Positions 31,158 through 53,606 are shown, counted from the first letter of the stretch. The stretch: DNA of 64,000 nt from Chrysomallon squamiferum (GCA_012295275.1 CM022677.1:21886001-21950000); one strand, 5' to 3'. Numbers and translations: made by a program. Notes: generated by a model not told the origin, from the sequence alone.

Positions 31158-31983
31158 GTAAGGAAAACCATATTTTACGTTTTATTGAGAAAATGTCGTT
31201 TTAATGCCTGTCTACCTTTTTTTTTTTTTTTTTTTTTTCTTTTTTATATCAAAAAAGAAATTTATGTTTATTTTATCGTGACTTAAATTTAATCTTGATA
31301 AATCGTTTCTGCAGCATGTTGATGGTTTGTTAATGTTTTATTGTCGATAAAAAAAAAAAACACACAAAAACAAACATATTTGTTATGGAAATATATTGTG
31401 TTTAGTAAACATAAGGGACTGTTCATCATTTCTCGTGTTGGTGGATGTCGCCATTGTCTGAAAGAACAATTATTGATGATGTTGATGTCGCTGATAATTT
31501 AATTTTTATAAAGATTTAATTGTGGTAACAAACGCTCTTTACGACATAAGAGGGTTAATATTGTTTTTAATATTACTGATACTACTACTACTACTACTAC
31601 TACTATTAATTTCTACTATTTATTTTATTTTATTTTTATTAATATGTTTTGTTCTGGGTTTTTTTTTACGGGGGTGGTGGTGTATATGTAGTGTCAGACA
31701 GACAGAATGTTCCCGTTGAAGAAAATTATTTTACAAAACTGCTGTGTAAATAAAATGTTTTGTTCAGTGTTTTGGGGGTTGTGTTCGACGCCATTATTTT
31801 TTACAGCTAAATGCTGTTGTGACTGTGATGTTGAAGGTCACTTTTTGTAATTGTTTCTAAATTTCTAATAAGTGTAGGTTTGATAATTAATATTTCTAAA
31901 CTAGTCCCTTGCACACAATACGAATGTATTTGCGCCTACGTACATGTGTTTTGTTTATTATTATTAATAGTAGGAGCAGTAGC

Positions 31984-32062
<79 letters not shown>

Positions 32063-32453
32063 TTATTATTATTATATTTTTTCTCTCTGTCTCTCTCTAT
32101 AATCATTCATAAAGGTTCATGTTTAGGATTCTCCATGTCATATATCACAATTGTATTGTGATGGATGTTTATATCATTAAATGTTGTTGGTTGTTTCGAT
32201 AAAATAAAAAAAAAAGAAAGAAAAAAAAAAAAAAAAAGAAAGAAAAGAAGAAGGAATAAAAAAAACGAAAAAAAAAAAAGAAAAAGAAAAAGAAAAAAAA
32301 AAGGTAAATTTAAAATCGTTGTGATATGGCCCTGGAAAATAATTTACGTTTGAGAACTGATTGATTTGTTTATTTACTTAAACTAATAGAATATAAAAAT
32401 AAATAGCCAGTTGGTCGCGTGATAAAATATATTCGTTTATTTAACTGATAATA

Positions 32454-32494
<41 letters not shown>

Positions 32495-32782
32495 AAATAA
32501 ATAAATATAATCAAAGAATAGTGCAATATTGAATTTTTTTTTTTTCAGTAACTTATTTATTTAATTTATTTTTTTTTTTTTTTTTTTTTTTGATGTTTAA
32601 TAATTTTAGGTAATTAATTTTAAAATTTTAAAAAAATCGCTTGAGCTGTCAAGACAGATGATAAATTACTGTTCACAGGTAATATATATATATACTTCTC
32701 ATATGGTAGTATTTAAAAACAATTCGAAATTCTTTTCAAAAGGGTTTGTAGGAATGTATACGTTTATAATTATACTGGAGAG

Positions 32783-32895
<113 letters not shown>

Positions 32896-33293
32896 ACAAT
32901 GTATATATCGCACTGGTAAACAGACTGTATTATAAATTACAAGATAATAACGGTCATCGCGTTAATTAAGAGCTCTTGACAATTATTTCTTTAAACAACA
33001 CTGGTAGCAGCTGCACAAATCTAATTAAAATTTTATAACAATATGGAGGTTTAACGACTTTTAAAATAACTTGAACATGATATGTGCGTGTGTGGGAGGT
33101 TCGTTTCTTGTATATAATTTCATAAAACCTCTCCTTTAATTTTATTTCCATTTTTTTCTTTTTCTCTTTATTTTTCTTTAATTTTGTTTGTCTGTTATTG
33201 TTTTCTCTTTTTTTTTATATTTACTTATTATTATTATTATTGTTATTATTATTTGTCTCTCTTTTTTCTCATCGTGTGTTCCCATCTGTCTAC

Positions 33294-33338
<45 letters not shown>

Positions 33339-33379
33339 GTCTCTCTCTCAATCTGTCTCTCTCTCTGTCTCTCTCTCTG

Positions 33380-33450
<71 letters not shown>

Positions 33451-33790
33451 GTATGTATATGTATGTATGTATATATGTGCTAATTAGTGGAAACATAACA
33501 GATCGATATGTATAAATGTATTTACTCTGTGTAGGAGATGAGAATATTCTGTATTAACCGACGCTAAAGTGTTAAAATAGCATCTGGTTTCCAGGTGACG
33601 CCTTTTACGTCACGTGTTTGTCACACAGAACAGTTTGTACTGAGAGCCGTGAAAAAAAAAAAAGTATTATTATCATTTGATCTCTTTTTCTCTCTTTGAC
33701 GATTTGTGTCTCTGTCTGTGTCTCTCTCTTTTCTGTCCGTTGGTTTAAGATAAATAAATAAATAAAATGTAAATATTTTAATTAAAATGT

Positions 33791-33889
<99 letters not shown>

Positions 33890-34191
33890 TCACACAAACA
33901 CTTAAAATATTATACAGGAAAATGTAATTATTCTACGAAAGAAGCACACTGAACTGACATCTGTTAACTTCTAGACGAGTCAAATGGTGTCTGTTTTCAC
34001 GAAGCCGGGTTTCTGATGGTCACGAATACCCGCGCAGCTGGGACATATAATTATTTTCTAGGCGCGGTGTCTGGCACTGTGACCGGCTCCCGGTTTAACA
34101 GACAGTTTTGTATGCTCTGTTTCAGATAAGTCCCCGTGATGCGAAATTTTGAAATCTCCGGTTGTAGAGAGAATTTTGAGATTAGAAACAA

Positions 34192-34279
<88 letters not shown>

Positions 34280-36054
34280 GTTGCATGTATTTCTGAATGT
34301 GTGTGTGTTTGTGTTTGACTGGTTGTGTGAACGTTTTTCTGTGAGAAAGAGAACGTGTGTGTGTGTGAGTGCCGTACGTGCGTGCGAATGAAAAACAATA
34401 TATGTTTCTGTCTGTGTGCGTACATGCGTGTATATATATATATATATATATGTACACGCATGCATGTAAATGTGTAATGGTGTTTATTGGTCTGCATATG
34501 GATTTTAATAAATTTATGACATGAAAAAAAAAAATTCTATAGACAAATATTTACAAATGTAAATCTTTGACCTAATAATATAATCTGTCTTATCTCTTGA
34601 GTACATAAAAGTTCTCTGTTTTTGTCCTTGGCTGATATCCTTTTATCTGGTCCTTATATCTGAACTATCTCAGGTTACTCCAACTGGTTAACAGGTTAGG
34701 GTCATGACCTTTTCCAGGTAAGCGTTACACCGAGGTAAGCCGGCATGTCGTGTTTCCCGATTTGTCTTCGTGACTTTGAAAAAATAAATTAAATAATCCG
34801 GCCACGTAGCAAGTTCGTGTGTTTCCGTTGGTGATCGTTTTGTTTCGTACTCGTTCGTAATTTCCGTCAGTGATCTTTTTTTTCGTTGTGCTTGTTCGGA
34901 AACCGGACGTTTGTTGACATTTTTAACGTGTTTCGCAGTGCGTGTAGATTTTATTTTATTTTTTAAAAAATTTTATTTTTATTTTCTTGCTTACTTAATG
35001 GATAATACTTTAACAACAACAGTTAATTAATTAATTAATTAATTTCGTAATTGTCATCAAAATATACTGATCGCCATAATTAAGGCAGTAGGTATAATAT
35101 GGTACGATATATGATGTGATATATATAATATGTGGTATGATAAACGATATATGACACATGATACATAATAATAATATGTTTTATTTTATGTTTTAAAAAA
35201 AAAAAAAAAATCTTTTTGGTATAGATTTTGGTGACAGTAGTTTTTAAACAGTAGTAGTAGCAGTTTTAATAGTATTAGTAGAAGTTTAGTTTTTTATGGT
35301 TTTTTGTAGTAGCAGTAGTAATAGAAGAGGTAATAATAATAGTAGAAGCAGTAGAAGTATTAGCATTAATAACTAGTAGTACTAGTAGTAGTACTACCTC
35401 TGCTACTACTAATAACTGTAGTATTACTAGTCTTATAAAAAATAATTTTTTTTTTTTTTTTTTTTAAATACACCAGAAATATTTACCAGTTTCACATATA
35501 CTTTTTCAAAATTTATATTATTATAACTGTTGTTATTGTTCTTGTTACAGTTGTTGCTGTTGTTGTTGTTGTTCGTTTCGTATTATTTAAATTTGTATTA
35601 TTTATTTTTTATTTTAAATCTTCTTCTTCTTATTATTATTATTACTATATATTTAACTCTTTTTTTTTTTCATTTTCATTTTTTTTTTTTTTTTTTTTTT
35701 TTCTTGCTAAGCCATACTGTCCTCGACGTCAGAAACAAACATTTCTAAATAAAACTCAGCTGAAAGGTTTATTAAATTTCTGACAAGACGTTTGACTGTG
35801 ACGTCAAGAGGGAAACTGATTACCACTGACCGTTCTGATTTAAATAAACAACAAGAGGATTAAGCTGTCGTTATGGCAACAGACGTTTAGAAAGTGTAAG
35901 ACAAAAGAAACGGGTTCTAAACAGAAGTTTGTAAAAAAAATAAAAATAAAATAAAATTGTAATAATAATAAAAATATTTTTTAAAATATAAATAATTAAA
36001 TAAATACTACTACTACTGCTACTTCTACTTGTACTATCACTGCTGCTGCTGCTG

Positions 36055-36089
<35 letters not shown>

Positions 36090-36644
36090 GCTAATATAAT
36101 AATAATAATAAAATACTGTAAAAAGTCATATACTGAATCAATCATACAATCAGTAAAACACTTAAACGGTCGTTTAATAAATCAATCAATGAATCAAACG
36201 TTCAGTCGATCAGTCAATGAATCAATCATGTAATCAATCAGTCAGTCAGTCAGTACGTATGCACGGACAAACTCACTTGGTAAGTTGTTCACTTTCTGTG
36301 GGAGTTAGTCTTTCAGCTGTAACTGAAAAGTAATTAATGTAAATTTTTTTTTTTTTTTTTTTTTTTTTTTCTTCTCATTGTTATTGTGCTTATAAAGTTT
36401 AATCGTATTTAACAAAGGTGTCGTTTTTAATTAAGTTCGGTTTGCAGCTGTTGGTTTCTGTTTTCTTTCTTTTATTATTTTTATTATTTTTTGTTGAATA
36501 TGTTAAGAAAATATTGCTGAATCTATATTTTTGGGTGATTACGTGTGCATGGCGTATAATGCGTGTGGGCGTGTGCGTGTGTGTGTGAATGTGAGTGTAT
36601 TTGTCTCTGTGTGTGTATGTGTGGAAGTGTATGTGTGAGAGTGC

Positions 36645-36746
<102 letters not shown>

Positions 36747-37219
36747 AAAATCATCAAGAATAAGATACTGCTATTGTTTATAAATATTCATGAAGTAAGG
36801 ATAAATATATACAAAACATGTGTTTGAATATGTATTTAAAAATGACATTTTTGAATTTATGAATATTAAATGATTAAAGATATAAATTTAGAGTTGCTCT
36901 ATGCATCTTTAGTAAACCAAAAATAGATGCATAGCAGGGAAACTTCAGTTCACGTATGGTTCAGTTTTATATTTTATTGTTGTTGGTGTTGTTGTTGTTG
37001 TTATCATTGTCGTTGTCTTTTTGTTGTAGTTGTATTAGTAGTAATAACTGTACACTTGTAGCCGTAGTAATAGTATTAGTAGCAGTAGAGGTAGAAACAG
37101 TGGTAGTAGTAGTTGTAGTAAAAGTAATTGTAGCAACAGTGGTTGTGATAGGAATAGTAGTAGTTGTAGTAGTAGTAGTTACTAGAAGTAATAGTAGTGA
37201 TGATGGTGATAGCAGTAGC

Positions 37220-38520
37220 CTATAAGTAATAAAAGTAGGAGTAGTGGTAGTAATAATAACAGTAACAGTAGTGGCACTAGTAATAAAAGTAGTAGTAGTG
37301 GTAGTAATAATAACAGTAGTAGTAGTGGGTAGTAATAAAAAATAAGTGGTAGTAATAATAAGTAGTAGTAGTGGTACTAGTAATAAAAGGTAACAGTAAT
37401 GGTAGTAATAATAAAGTGGTAATAATAAAAGTAGTAAAACAAGTGGTACTAGTAATATAAAGGTAACAGTAATAGTAAAGTAGTGGTAGTAATAATAACA
37501 GTAATAGTAGTGGTACTAGTAATAAAGTGGTAACAGTAATGGTAGTAATAATAACAGTAATAGTAGTGGTACTAGTAATAAAAGTAGTAGTAGTGGTAGT
37601 AATAATAACAGTAATAGTAGTGGTACTAGTAATAAAAGTAGTAGTAGTGGTAGTAATAATAACAGTAATAGTAGTGGTACTAGTAATAAAAGTAATAGTA
37701 ACAGTAGTGGTACTAGTAATAAAAAAAGTAGTGGTAGTAGTAAGTAAAGTAATAGTAAGTAGTGGTAATAATAACAGTAATAGTAGTAGTAAAAAGTAGT
37801 AGTAGTGGTAGTAATAATAACAGTAACAGTAGTGGTACTAGTAATAAAAGTAGGAGTAGTGGTAGTAATAATAACACAGTAACAGTAACAGTAGTGGCAC
37901 TAGTAATAAAAGTAGGAGTAGTGGTAGTAATAATAAAAGTAACAGTAGTGGTATTAATAATAACAGTAATAGTAGTGGCACTAGTAATAAAAGTAATAGT
38001 AGTGGTAGTAATAATAACAGTAACAGTAGTGGTACTAGTAATAAAAGTAGTAGTAATGGTAGTAATAATAACAGTAACAGTAGTGGTACTAGTAACAAAA
38101 GAAGTAGTAGTGGTAGTAATAATAACAGTAACAGTAGTGGCACTAGTAACAAAAGAAGTAGTAGTGGTATTAATAATAACAGTAATAGTAGTGGCACTAG
38201 TAATAAAAGTAGTAGTAGTGGTAGTAATAATAACAGTAATAGTAGTGGAACTAGTAACAAAAGAAGTAGTAGTGGTAGTAATAATAACAGTAATAGTAGT
38301 GGTACTAGTAACTAAAAGTAGTAGTAGTGGTAGTAACAAAAGTAGTAGTAGTGGTAGTAATAATAACAGTAATAGTAGTGGTACTAGTAACAAAAGTAGT
38401 AGTAGTGGTAGTAATAATAACAGTAATAGTAGTGGTACTAGTAATAAAGGTAACAGTAATGGTAGTAATAATAACAGTAATAGTAGTGGTACTAGTAATA
38501 AAAGTAGTAGTAGTGGTAGA
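37220..38520. repeat. AGT/AAT-derived minisatellite (unit about 54-57 bp, AGTGGTACTAGTAATAAAAGTAGTAGTAGTGGTAGTAATAATAACAGTAATAGT)
   Basis: Direct tandem units; they explain the low-complexity V/I/T/S ORFs in the track. Confidence 0.9.
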
Positions 38521-38853
38521 AGCATTATTGCTACTACTCAGTGCTTTCTTGCTTGAAGTTAAAATAACATCAGTTTTGTTACAGATAAAAACGCGGCTTC
38601 TCTGTAAAAAAGTTTTGAAACAGAAACAGCGCTGTTTTCATATCGTATTCGTCTCTTATAGATCAACAGCAAAGAATCACAGAGTCTTCTGACATCAATA
38701 AATCATTTATAACCAGTTAGAAAAAAAAAATTATATATCGGTTAAGAAGGATAGATCCTGTGTCGTATGACGCCTGGGTTTTCGATCTAAAACCAACTAT
38801 GCTACAGCTGTCACCCACACAGAACACAAACATACCAGTTATCAATATTAAAT

Positions 38854-38927
<74 letters not shown>

Positions 38928-39379
38928 AGCCATTTTCTATTTCAATTTCCGGGCAGCCTGTTTACGTTCACAAATAGATGATTAATAAATTGAATTTGGG
39001 GTAATTTGCGATTATCGTAGTTTCTCGAAGCAGCAGCAGCACGCGCCCAGTACCTGACGTCAGACGTATTGATTGTTTTGTGAATGAGTCTGCGAGTGAT
39101 TGATATGTTTGTAGCGTGGGAGTTTTGATTCCTGGCAGACGGTGAACGCGCCGGTCACGACTTTTCACGATGATTGACGATAAATGGCGAAACCTAGCGG
39201 AACGTTTTATTCAGCTTATCGTTTTGTCCCGTTTTATTTTATCTGGTCTTTCTAACTGTCGACGTATGTTTATTTATTTATTTATTTATTTATTATTTGT
39301 ATCATTTTATTTTATTTTATTTTATTTTATTCAGTTTAAAGATACACCATAGTTATTGTTATTATTATTATTATTATTA

Positions 39380-39457
<78 letters not shown>

Positions 39458-39578
39458 CTCTCTCTCTCTCTCACTACGTAAATAACACATGTGTTTATTT
39501 TTTGTGTCACAAAATATTTAAACTTTATTTTAATTCTAGACCAAGAACGTCATGTCCACGTGACCACAGGAAGAGAGG

Positions 39579-46187
<6,609 letters not shown>

Positions 46188-47610
46188 AATCAAAATAATC
46201 TCATATTCTGTGTGTCTGTCTGTCTGTCTGTGTCTGTGTCTGGTGTTTGAAGTAGTAAAGGTGTAAAGGTGTGGGTAGATGTATATTTGTTGTTGTTGTT
46301 TTTTGTTTTGTTTTTATAATGTCGACAAATTCCTTATAATTGACCAAGAAGATATTATGAAAATGTTTTTAGAAGAAGAAATATATATATATATATATAT
46401 ATTTTTTTTTTTTTGGAAATTTAATTTAGATAGTGATTGTTATTGGTAATTGTGTGTGTGTGTTGTGTGTGTTGTGTGTTTGTAAGTGTGTATGTTATAG
46501 TGTTTGTATATTTGTGAGTGTGTGGTGTGTCTGTGTGACTGTGTATGTAGGTACATGTATCTGTGTGTGCGTGTCTGTCTTTCTGTGTTTCTGTCTCATG
46601 ATAACGATACTCTGATTCTTTACAGCAACAAATCTCTTTACATACAATTTGTTTTGATGAAATCTGTGACTATGTTAATTTTCACACCACATTCTATTTT
46701 ATGTTCTCAAAAATAAAAATAAAACTGTCCCATTACACACAAAGCACAAAAAAAATGATTTTTTTAAAATTATTATTATTACTTTTTTTTTTTTTTTTTT
46801 TTTTTTACATGAATGATGTTTAATTATACTGAACAGTAACGGGGGGATGTAGGATATCCCCCCAGCTCTGTTACAGCACTTTGTTATGTAAGTGAACCTT
46901 TATCTTACTTTTGTTTGTGTTTCGCAGGATTTAATGCAGAGGTTATGGACATTATTGAAAGATACAATTAACTTTTTTGTTTTCGTAATTATTATTATTA
47001 TTTTTTTAATAGAATTTCATCACTTTTGTGTATCATTTGTTTACAGTTGAAGAGTTTATGGTCCAAATTTATATATGTAAGATAAAAAAAAAAGTGTACA
47101 GACACACACATATACACACACAGACATACAAATATACACACAGAGAAAACACAAGACTCTTACACACAGACATACATATACACAAACTCACAGACACAAT
47201 GACATACATAATCATATATTTAAAGTGGTAATTAAAAATTGTCTGTACACAATTTCTATATACATATATATATTTTTATAAATATATATTTTTGAATAAT
47301 TTAATAAATCTATTTGTAATAATCAAAATATTTGTAAAATACTTTATATACAGAATACCAAAAAAAATCCCCAAAGATTCCAAATATATTTTTGACACTT
47401 TACAACAGTCATTCTTAACATAATTTTTTTTTTTGTTGTTGTTTTTTTTTTTTGTTTCAACATTCATAATTTTTGAGGTTTGCTATTTTTAGGTTAAACG
47501 CTATATAATAGAAATATGACAAATTATATAACACTGTCATCGGGATTTGTACCTTTTGTTGTTGTAAATACAATTTTAGCTTTTACTGTTGCACTGTAAT
47601 CACACTGTGT

Positions 47611-47625
47611 CACTAGAGGGCGCTA
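47611..47625 (+). promoter_or_regulatory. CTCF-like motif downstream of the GLUT gene
   Basis: CACTAGAGGGCGCTA matches the CTCF core; it is retained in the duplicate at 60074. Confidence 0.45.
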
Positions 47626-47942
47626 CTGCCAGAGTTGACAATCCCTGGCTTCAAGGATGACCTAGGTTTTTAGAATTATAGGATAATTTTGGGTTTATAA
47701 AATTTTACTACGGAATATTTTATATATATATAGATATAGATATAGATAGATAGATAGATAGGTAGGTAGATATAGATAGATATTCTTATTTAACCTAATT
47801 AATAAATTAATCATTATTTTACATATAAGTAAATAGAACAGGTAGAATTATAAATGAAATATAGATGTTACGTTGTTTTTTCTTATTATAAACCAATTAT
47901 ATATTATCGTCATGATCATCATTTTTGTTGTTGTTGTTATTA

Positions 47943-48006
<64 letters not shown>

Positions 48007-48201
48007 GCATTTCATTTTATTACAAAAGTATTATTATTATTAATTGAAAGGCAGGCATCAACTGTTTAAAATGACGACATTTTGGAAAATATTAATAATC
48101 ATGTAATTTATACCAGACACTGAAACAATGTATACAAATAGCATATAAACTGATATGAATGATTATATTAATGTGGTATAGGATCAATAGAAATATATGA
48201 A

Positions 48202-48362
<161 letters not shown>

Positions 48363-48952
48363 GGTTACTATTTTAAGATATCAGCTATGTTTGTCTGTGT
48401 GTATGTGTGTGTGTTTAACTGTTGTTTTTGACAATTGACTGGTAATCACAAAAGTTCTCCACATTTTACTTGATAACATGATCAGTCTATTCATTAGACA
48501 AAAAGAAAAAGGAGAGAGAAATAAAATTGTTAAAATAAAAATATTATTCCTTGATTTCTTTTGTTTTATTTGTGTTACAAAAATTGTAGTATATGACCAG
48601 TATTAACAAAGGTTAGATTGGGAAAACAAGATTGATGAGCTCCTTTTAGAAATATTGCTAAGAAATGGGATTATTTAAATAATGATGTAGTATTTTAGTA
48701 TCTGTTTTGTTTGCTTATTAATTTATTTATTTATTTAGTTATTTATTTATTTAAGAATTAAATAATTTATTTAACTATTTATTTATTTTAAAATTTTACT
48801 TTGTATGATATATAATTTATAAAAAATGTACACAAAAGTGGTGATGAGGGAAAACAACAGATACTTATATCACTGACTTTATTGTTAGAAAAGATTTGGA
48901 TCTCTAATAATAATTTAATAAAAAAAGAAGAAGAAGAAACAGAAGAACGCAC

Positions 48953-49058
<106 letters not shown>

Positions 49059-50425
49059 GCAATAATAATAATAACATCGTCTACAGCAATAACAATAATA
49101 ATTAATAAAGCGATATATTAAAAAAAAAAAAAAAAAATTATATTAAAAAAGTTATTTTGAAACTAAAACCAATACGGCAATAGAGTTACTCGAGTACGCA
49201 ACGAAACCGGACTAATAAACACACGTAAATCACATAATCCTCACCGCAAGAGAAGATTAAAAATTTCAAATGATATTTTCCTTTCACTAAAATGGCAACT
49301 GAAGATTATTTCCACTGCGTCGAAAAGTTGATTCGAAACTTGTAAAAGGTTGGTGTACAATTCCAGCAAAGATGGCGCCCGTAATCTTTAATCCTATCTC
49401 GAACTGAGAAGAGTTCCAATTAAAATTCTGCAACTTGCTTTTATAATTTTTCGTTGCTATTTTTACCTCGAGCAGTGATTCTAAATAAGCAGACTATTAC
49501 ATGGAGATTTCTTCTTGTGTTTTTTTTTTTTTTGGGGGGGGGAGATATTTAATTTTTATTTCTTTCTTTCTTTCCGGACATTATTTGGCTGAGAGACTAA
49601 TTATAAAGCAGGAACAAAAATAGAAATTTCGTAAACCCTCTTTCCCCGTATTAACGTATTTTGTACGTTTCATGTTTGCCCCCGAACTAGTAGGATATGA
49701 CGTCACTGCCATTGTGACGTAGCGAATAGTCAGTGACAAACTAATGGACAGCGGTAAGAAGTAAGAATTATTTTAATTATTATAATCAAGTGAATGTGTG
49801 TGTGTGCGTAAGAGTGCGCGTGCGTGTGTGTGTTAGACGATCACTTGCAATGTCTGAGAAAGAACGTGCTTCATTATTTACTGTTTATATATTACATATG
49901 TTTTTTTGCTTAGAACTACTTCATTTTGATTGGTTGTTGTGGCTGTTGCTGCTGTCGTTCTTTAAATAAAGAAAGAAAGAAGAAAGAAGGAAAGCTAAAG
50001 AGTAAAATGTATAAGCAATAATCATGTGATAATTACAAAAAGGAAGAAGAAAGAAGCCCACTAACTTGAGTTTCATTAAAAACCTTTTCAAAACCAAACA
50101 ACACCAATTTATGTACTGAACATCTTCATCAATAACAAATTACATCTTCTTTTAGCTTATCTGACACGAGTTACCTACCTTTGATCCATCAAAGACATTC
50201 ACTTTCAAACGTAATTAAAATGTTCGTCGTTGATATATTTTATTAATTATAAAAGTATTATGTATCGAAAGAAGCATTAGTCTGAATTTGTGTGGAGTTA
50301 TTTTCAATCTACAGATTCTGCTTACGTCATCGTTTGATTTTTCTCTTTCTTACGTCATTATTCGTTACATACAACATTGTTAATTTAATATATTAAATAT
50401 TTTTGTTTGACATTTCTCTCTTTCC

Positions 50426-50518
<93 letters not shown>

Positions 50519-50919
50519 AATACATCTTTGTATGTACCAGCGTTTCTTTCAATCTTTCTGTATAATCTGCTTGTCTCTGTACCTTGTTATCTTTCTGTCT
50601 CTTTCTCTAACTATATTTCTATCTTTATATCGTTCTTTCTATGTATGTCTGTCTTTCTATGTCTTTCTGTCTATCTTTCTCTCTATATTTCTGTGTCTTT
50701 CTCTTTATTTTTCTGTGTTATTTTCTCTAATACTAATAAAATAGATAGATAGATAGGTAGGTAGTTAGATAGATATATATATATAGATGGTTAGTTAGAT
50801 AATTAGATAGATAGATAGATAATAGATAGATCGATAGATAGATAGATAGACAGACAGATAGATAGATAGATAGATAGATAGACATATAGTCAGATAGATA
50901 GATAGTTAGATAGACAGAC

Positions 50920-50982
<63 letters not shown>

Positions 50983-51666
50983 CAGATTGATAGATAGATA
51001 GATAGATAGATAGACAGATTGATAGATAGATAGATATGTGTCTTTCTTTGTCTTTCTATATGTATCTACCAATGTTTTAACCTCTCTCTTTCTTTCTTCG
51101 ACATCAATGTCTTTTTCTAACACTGTCTCTGTGTCTGTATATTTGCCTGCAGGAATAAATATCGTTACAAATTCATACGCCTAATGCACACAAACAAATA
51201 CATAAATACGCAAACGTACACACATACCCACGCGTACACAAACACACGTTTATAAATAGAACGTGCTAAAAATACAACTTACACCTCTTGCAAGCGAGAC
51301 GCAGATCGCTGTGACGTCATTTGTAAAGTGCTCCAGACGTGATGACAATGTCGCGTGCATCTGACTTGGCTCAGTCTGTACAATACGTCCTCTGTCGTTT
51401 CTGAAAGCAGTCGTAAATAATTTATTGTTAATAGCCGTATTAAGTGGAAATGCGCATTAAAAACCTAAAAAAACAAAACATAAAAAAACAAACAATGTAC
51501 GTAGAGAGAAACAGAGAGACAGAGAGACAGACAGATATATATCGAGAGAAATATGGACTCAGAGAGCGAAAGACAGAGACAGAAACAGAGATACAAATAG
51601 AAAGAAACAGAGAGAGAGACAGAGATAAGGAAGAGACAGAAACAGAACAGAAACAGAGATACGTAT

Positions 51667-51738
<72 letters not shown>

Positions 51739-53429
51739 TCAGAATGAGAGACAGGCAGACAGACAGACAGACAGAGGTGTATCACACTATCAAACACACA
51801 GAAACCCTACACTCACGGAGGAGAAAGAAATTTATTTGGCTTCTTAAACGTAAAAGTCTTCAATCACTGAAACTGGTATCACTATAATCCATGTCTCTTC
51901 AAAGGTCAGCAAGAAAAAAATGTAAAGGAATAGAAGGGGTTGGGGGTGGGGTAAGGGAAGGTCGAAAATATTATAAGAGGGGGGAGAGGTAAGGGATGAT
52001 GAATTCATGACTCCAAAATGTTATATTGTGAGAAAGAAAGTAATAGGCGCCAATCCAGTATATTTTTCGGGAAGTAAGGAAGACATTCAAGGGTAAGATC
52101 CAAAATATTATAAGGGAAGAAAGGAGGTAATGGGCGAATCCAAAATATTATTAGGGTAGAAAGGTTGTGAGATGAAGGTTAAAAACAAAAATATTATAAG
52201 TAGTGATCGTAATGGTGGAGGGAGGGTAGGGTAGGAGGGGAAAGGGTAGAAAAGGAAGATAAACCACCAAATGTTTTATTAAATCACTGTAAACAAATTA
52301 ATAATTATTTGTTCTGATATTTTCTAACCGAGACATGATACATGTGGCTTGTTACAGTGTAGACATTTTTGATTACAGAGTCGTCTGGTGACCTCATCGT
52401 AATAACAGACTCCAGTGAAAAAAAATCGTATTACTCCGCGAAATTCTTGTCTACTTCTTCGTCTTCATTGTTTTTTTTTTTTTTTTTTTTTTCTTCTATG
52501 TATTGTTCTCTTTTTTTTTTTTTTTTTTTTTTTGTCTTTGATTTCTTGTCATTTTTTTTAGATTTTTTTATTAAATTTTTCTTCAGATTCCTTTCTTCAT
52601 CATAATCTTCATCTTCTTTTTTGTTGTTTTTTATCTTCATCATGCTCTTCGTTTTCTTCCTTTTCTTCATCATCATTTTATTCCATTTATGTTTTTCTTT
52701 TTTCTTTTTCTTTTTCATGATGATCATATCCTTTTTCTTCCACTTTTCTTCTTCTTCTTCTTCTTCTTATCTATCCTTTACTTTTTATTCATCATGATCT
52801 TCCTCTTCGATTCTGTTTTTCTTCTACCTCGTCATCATTTTATTCGATATATATATTCTTCATTTTCTTTATCATCAGTTTCTTCTTCTTCTGATTTCTT
52901 CCACCTTCTTCTTCTTCTTCTTCTTCTTCTTCTTCTTCTTCTTCTTCTTTGTTTTTTCTTCGACTTCTTCTAAATCTTCAACAATAAAGTAACTCTACAA
53001 ACTGTTCTAGAGTGGGCGTTGCGTATCATACTAACTACTAAAGTTACTTTAGAATATATTTTTTTTTATTATTATTATTTATTTTTTTAATAACGTCGAT
53101 ATAAAAATGTAGGCGTGTTAGCAATCAGCATTAAGGACATCGGCCAATTTGGCCCAAACAAAAAAAAAACAAACAAAAAAATGGCCTCAAACAACTATAA
53201 TGGTTTCTCATTCCCGTAACAATAACGCTACTTCCAAATAAGATTCTGCCAATTTGTTATCCTAATACTGGACGAAACGATACGAGCCCACTGAAATCTC
53301 TATCCTCACTTTTTTATTTTTTAAGCATTATTATTATTATTATTATCATCATCATCATTATTATTATTATTATATTGTAGTAACAGACGAATGAGTAGAT
53401 TTCATAATTATCGATTTGCCCGGTCGACG

Positions 53430-53437
53430 TATAAGAA
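53430..53437 (+). promoter_or_regulatory. TATA-like box of a downstream gene
   Basis: TATAAGAA inside a CpG-rich island, about 175 nt upstream of a signal-peptide ATG. Confidence 0.4.
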
Positions 53438-53606
53438 GGCGCGGTTTATCGTCTGCTACACGACCACGTAGAAGGAAAGCACGCCGGCACGCGACAAGGA
53501 AATATATCCACAGTCGATCGTCTGCCATCAGGAAAACGGGGGCCAAAGCGAAAAGTTGTTAAACTGCGGGACGAACGAACGTGACTTTGTGAACTGTTTT
53601 TCCAAG

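Noticed and set aside
37713-38692. Long ORFs of about 265-270 aa on both strands (mucin-like or Val-rich)
   Set aside because: Triplet-based minisatellite that lacks stops by composition; no credible start or splice context.
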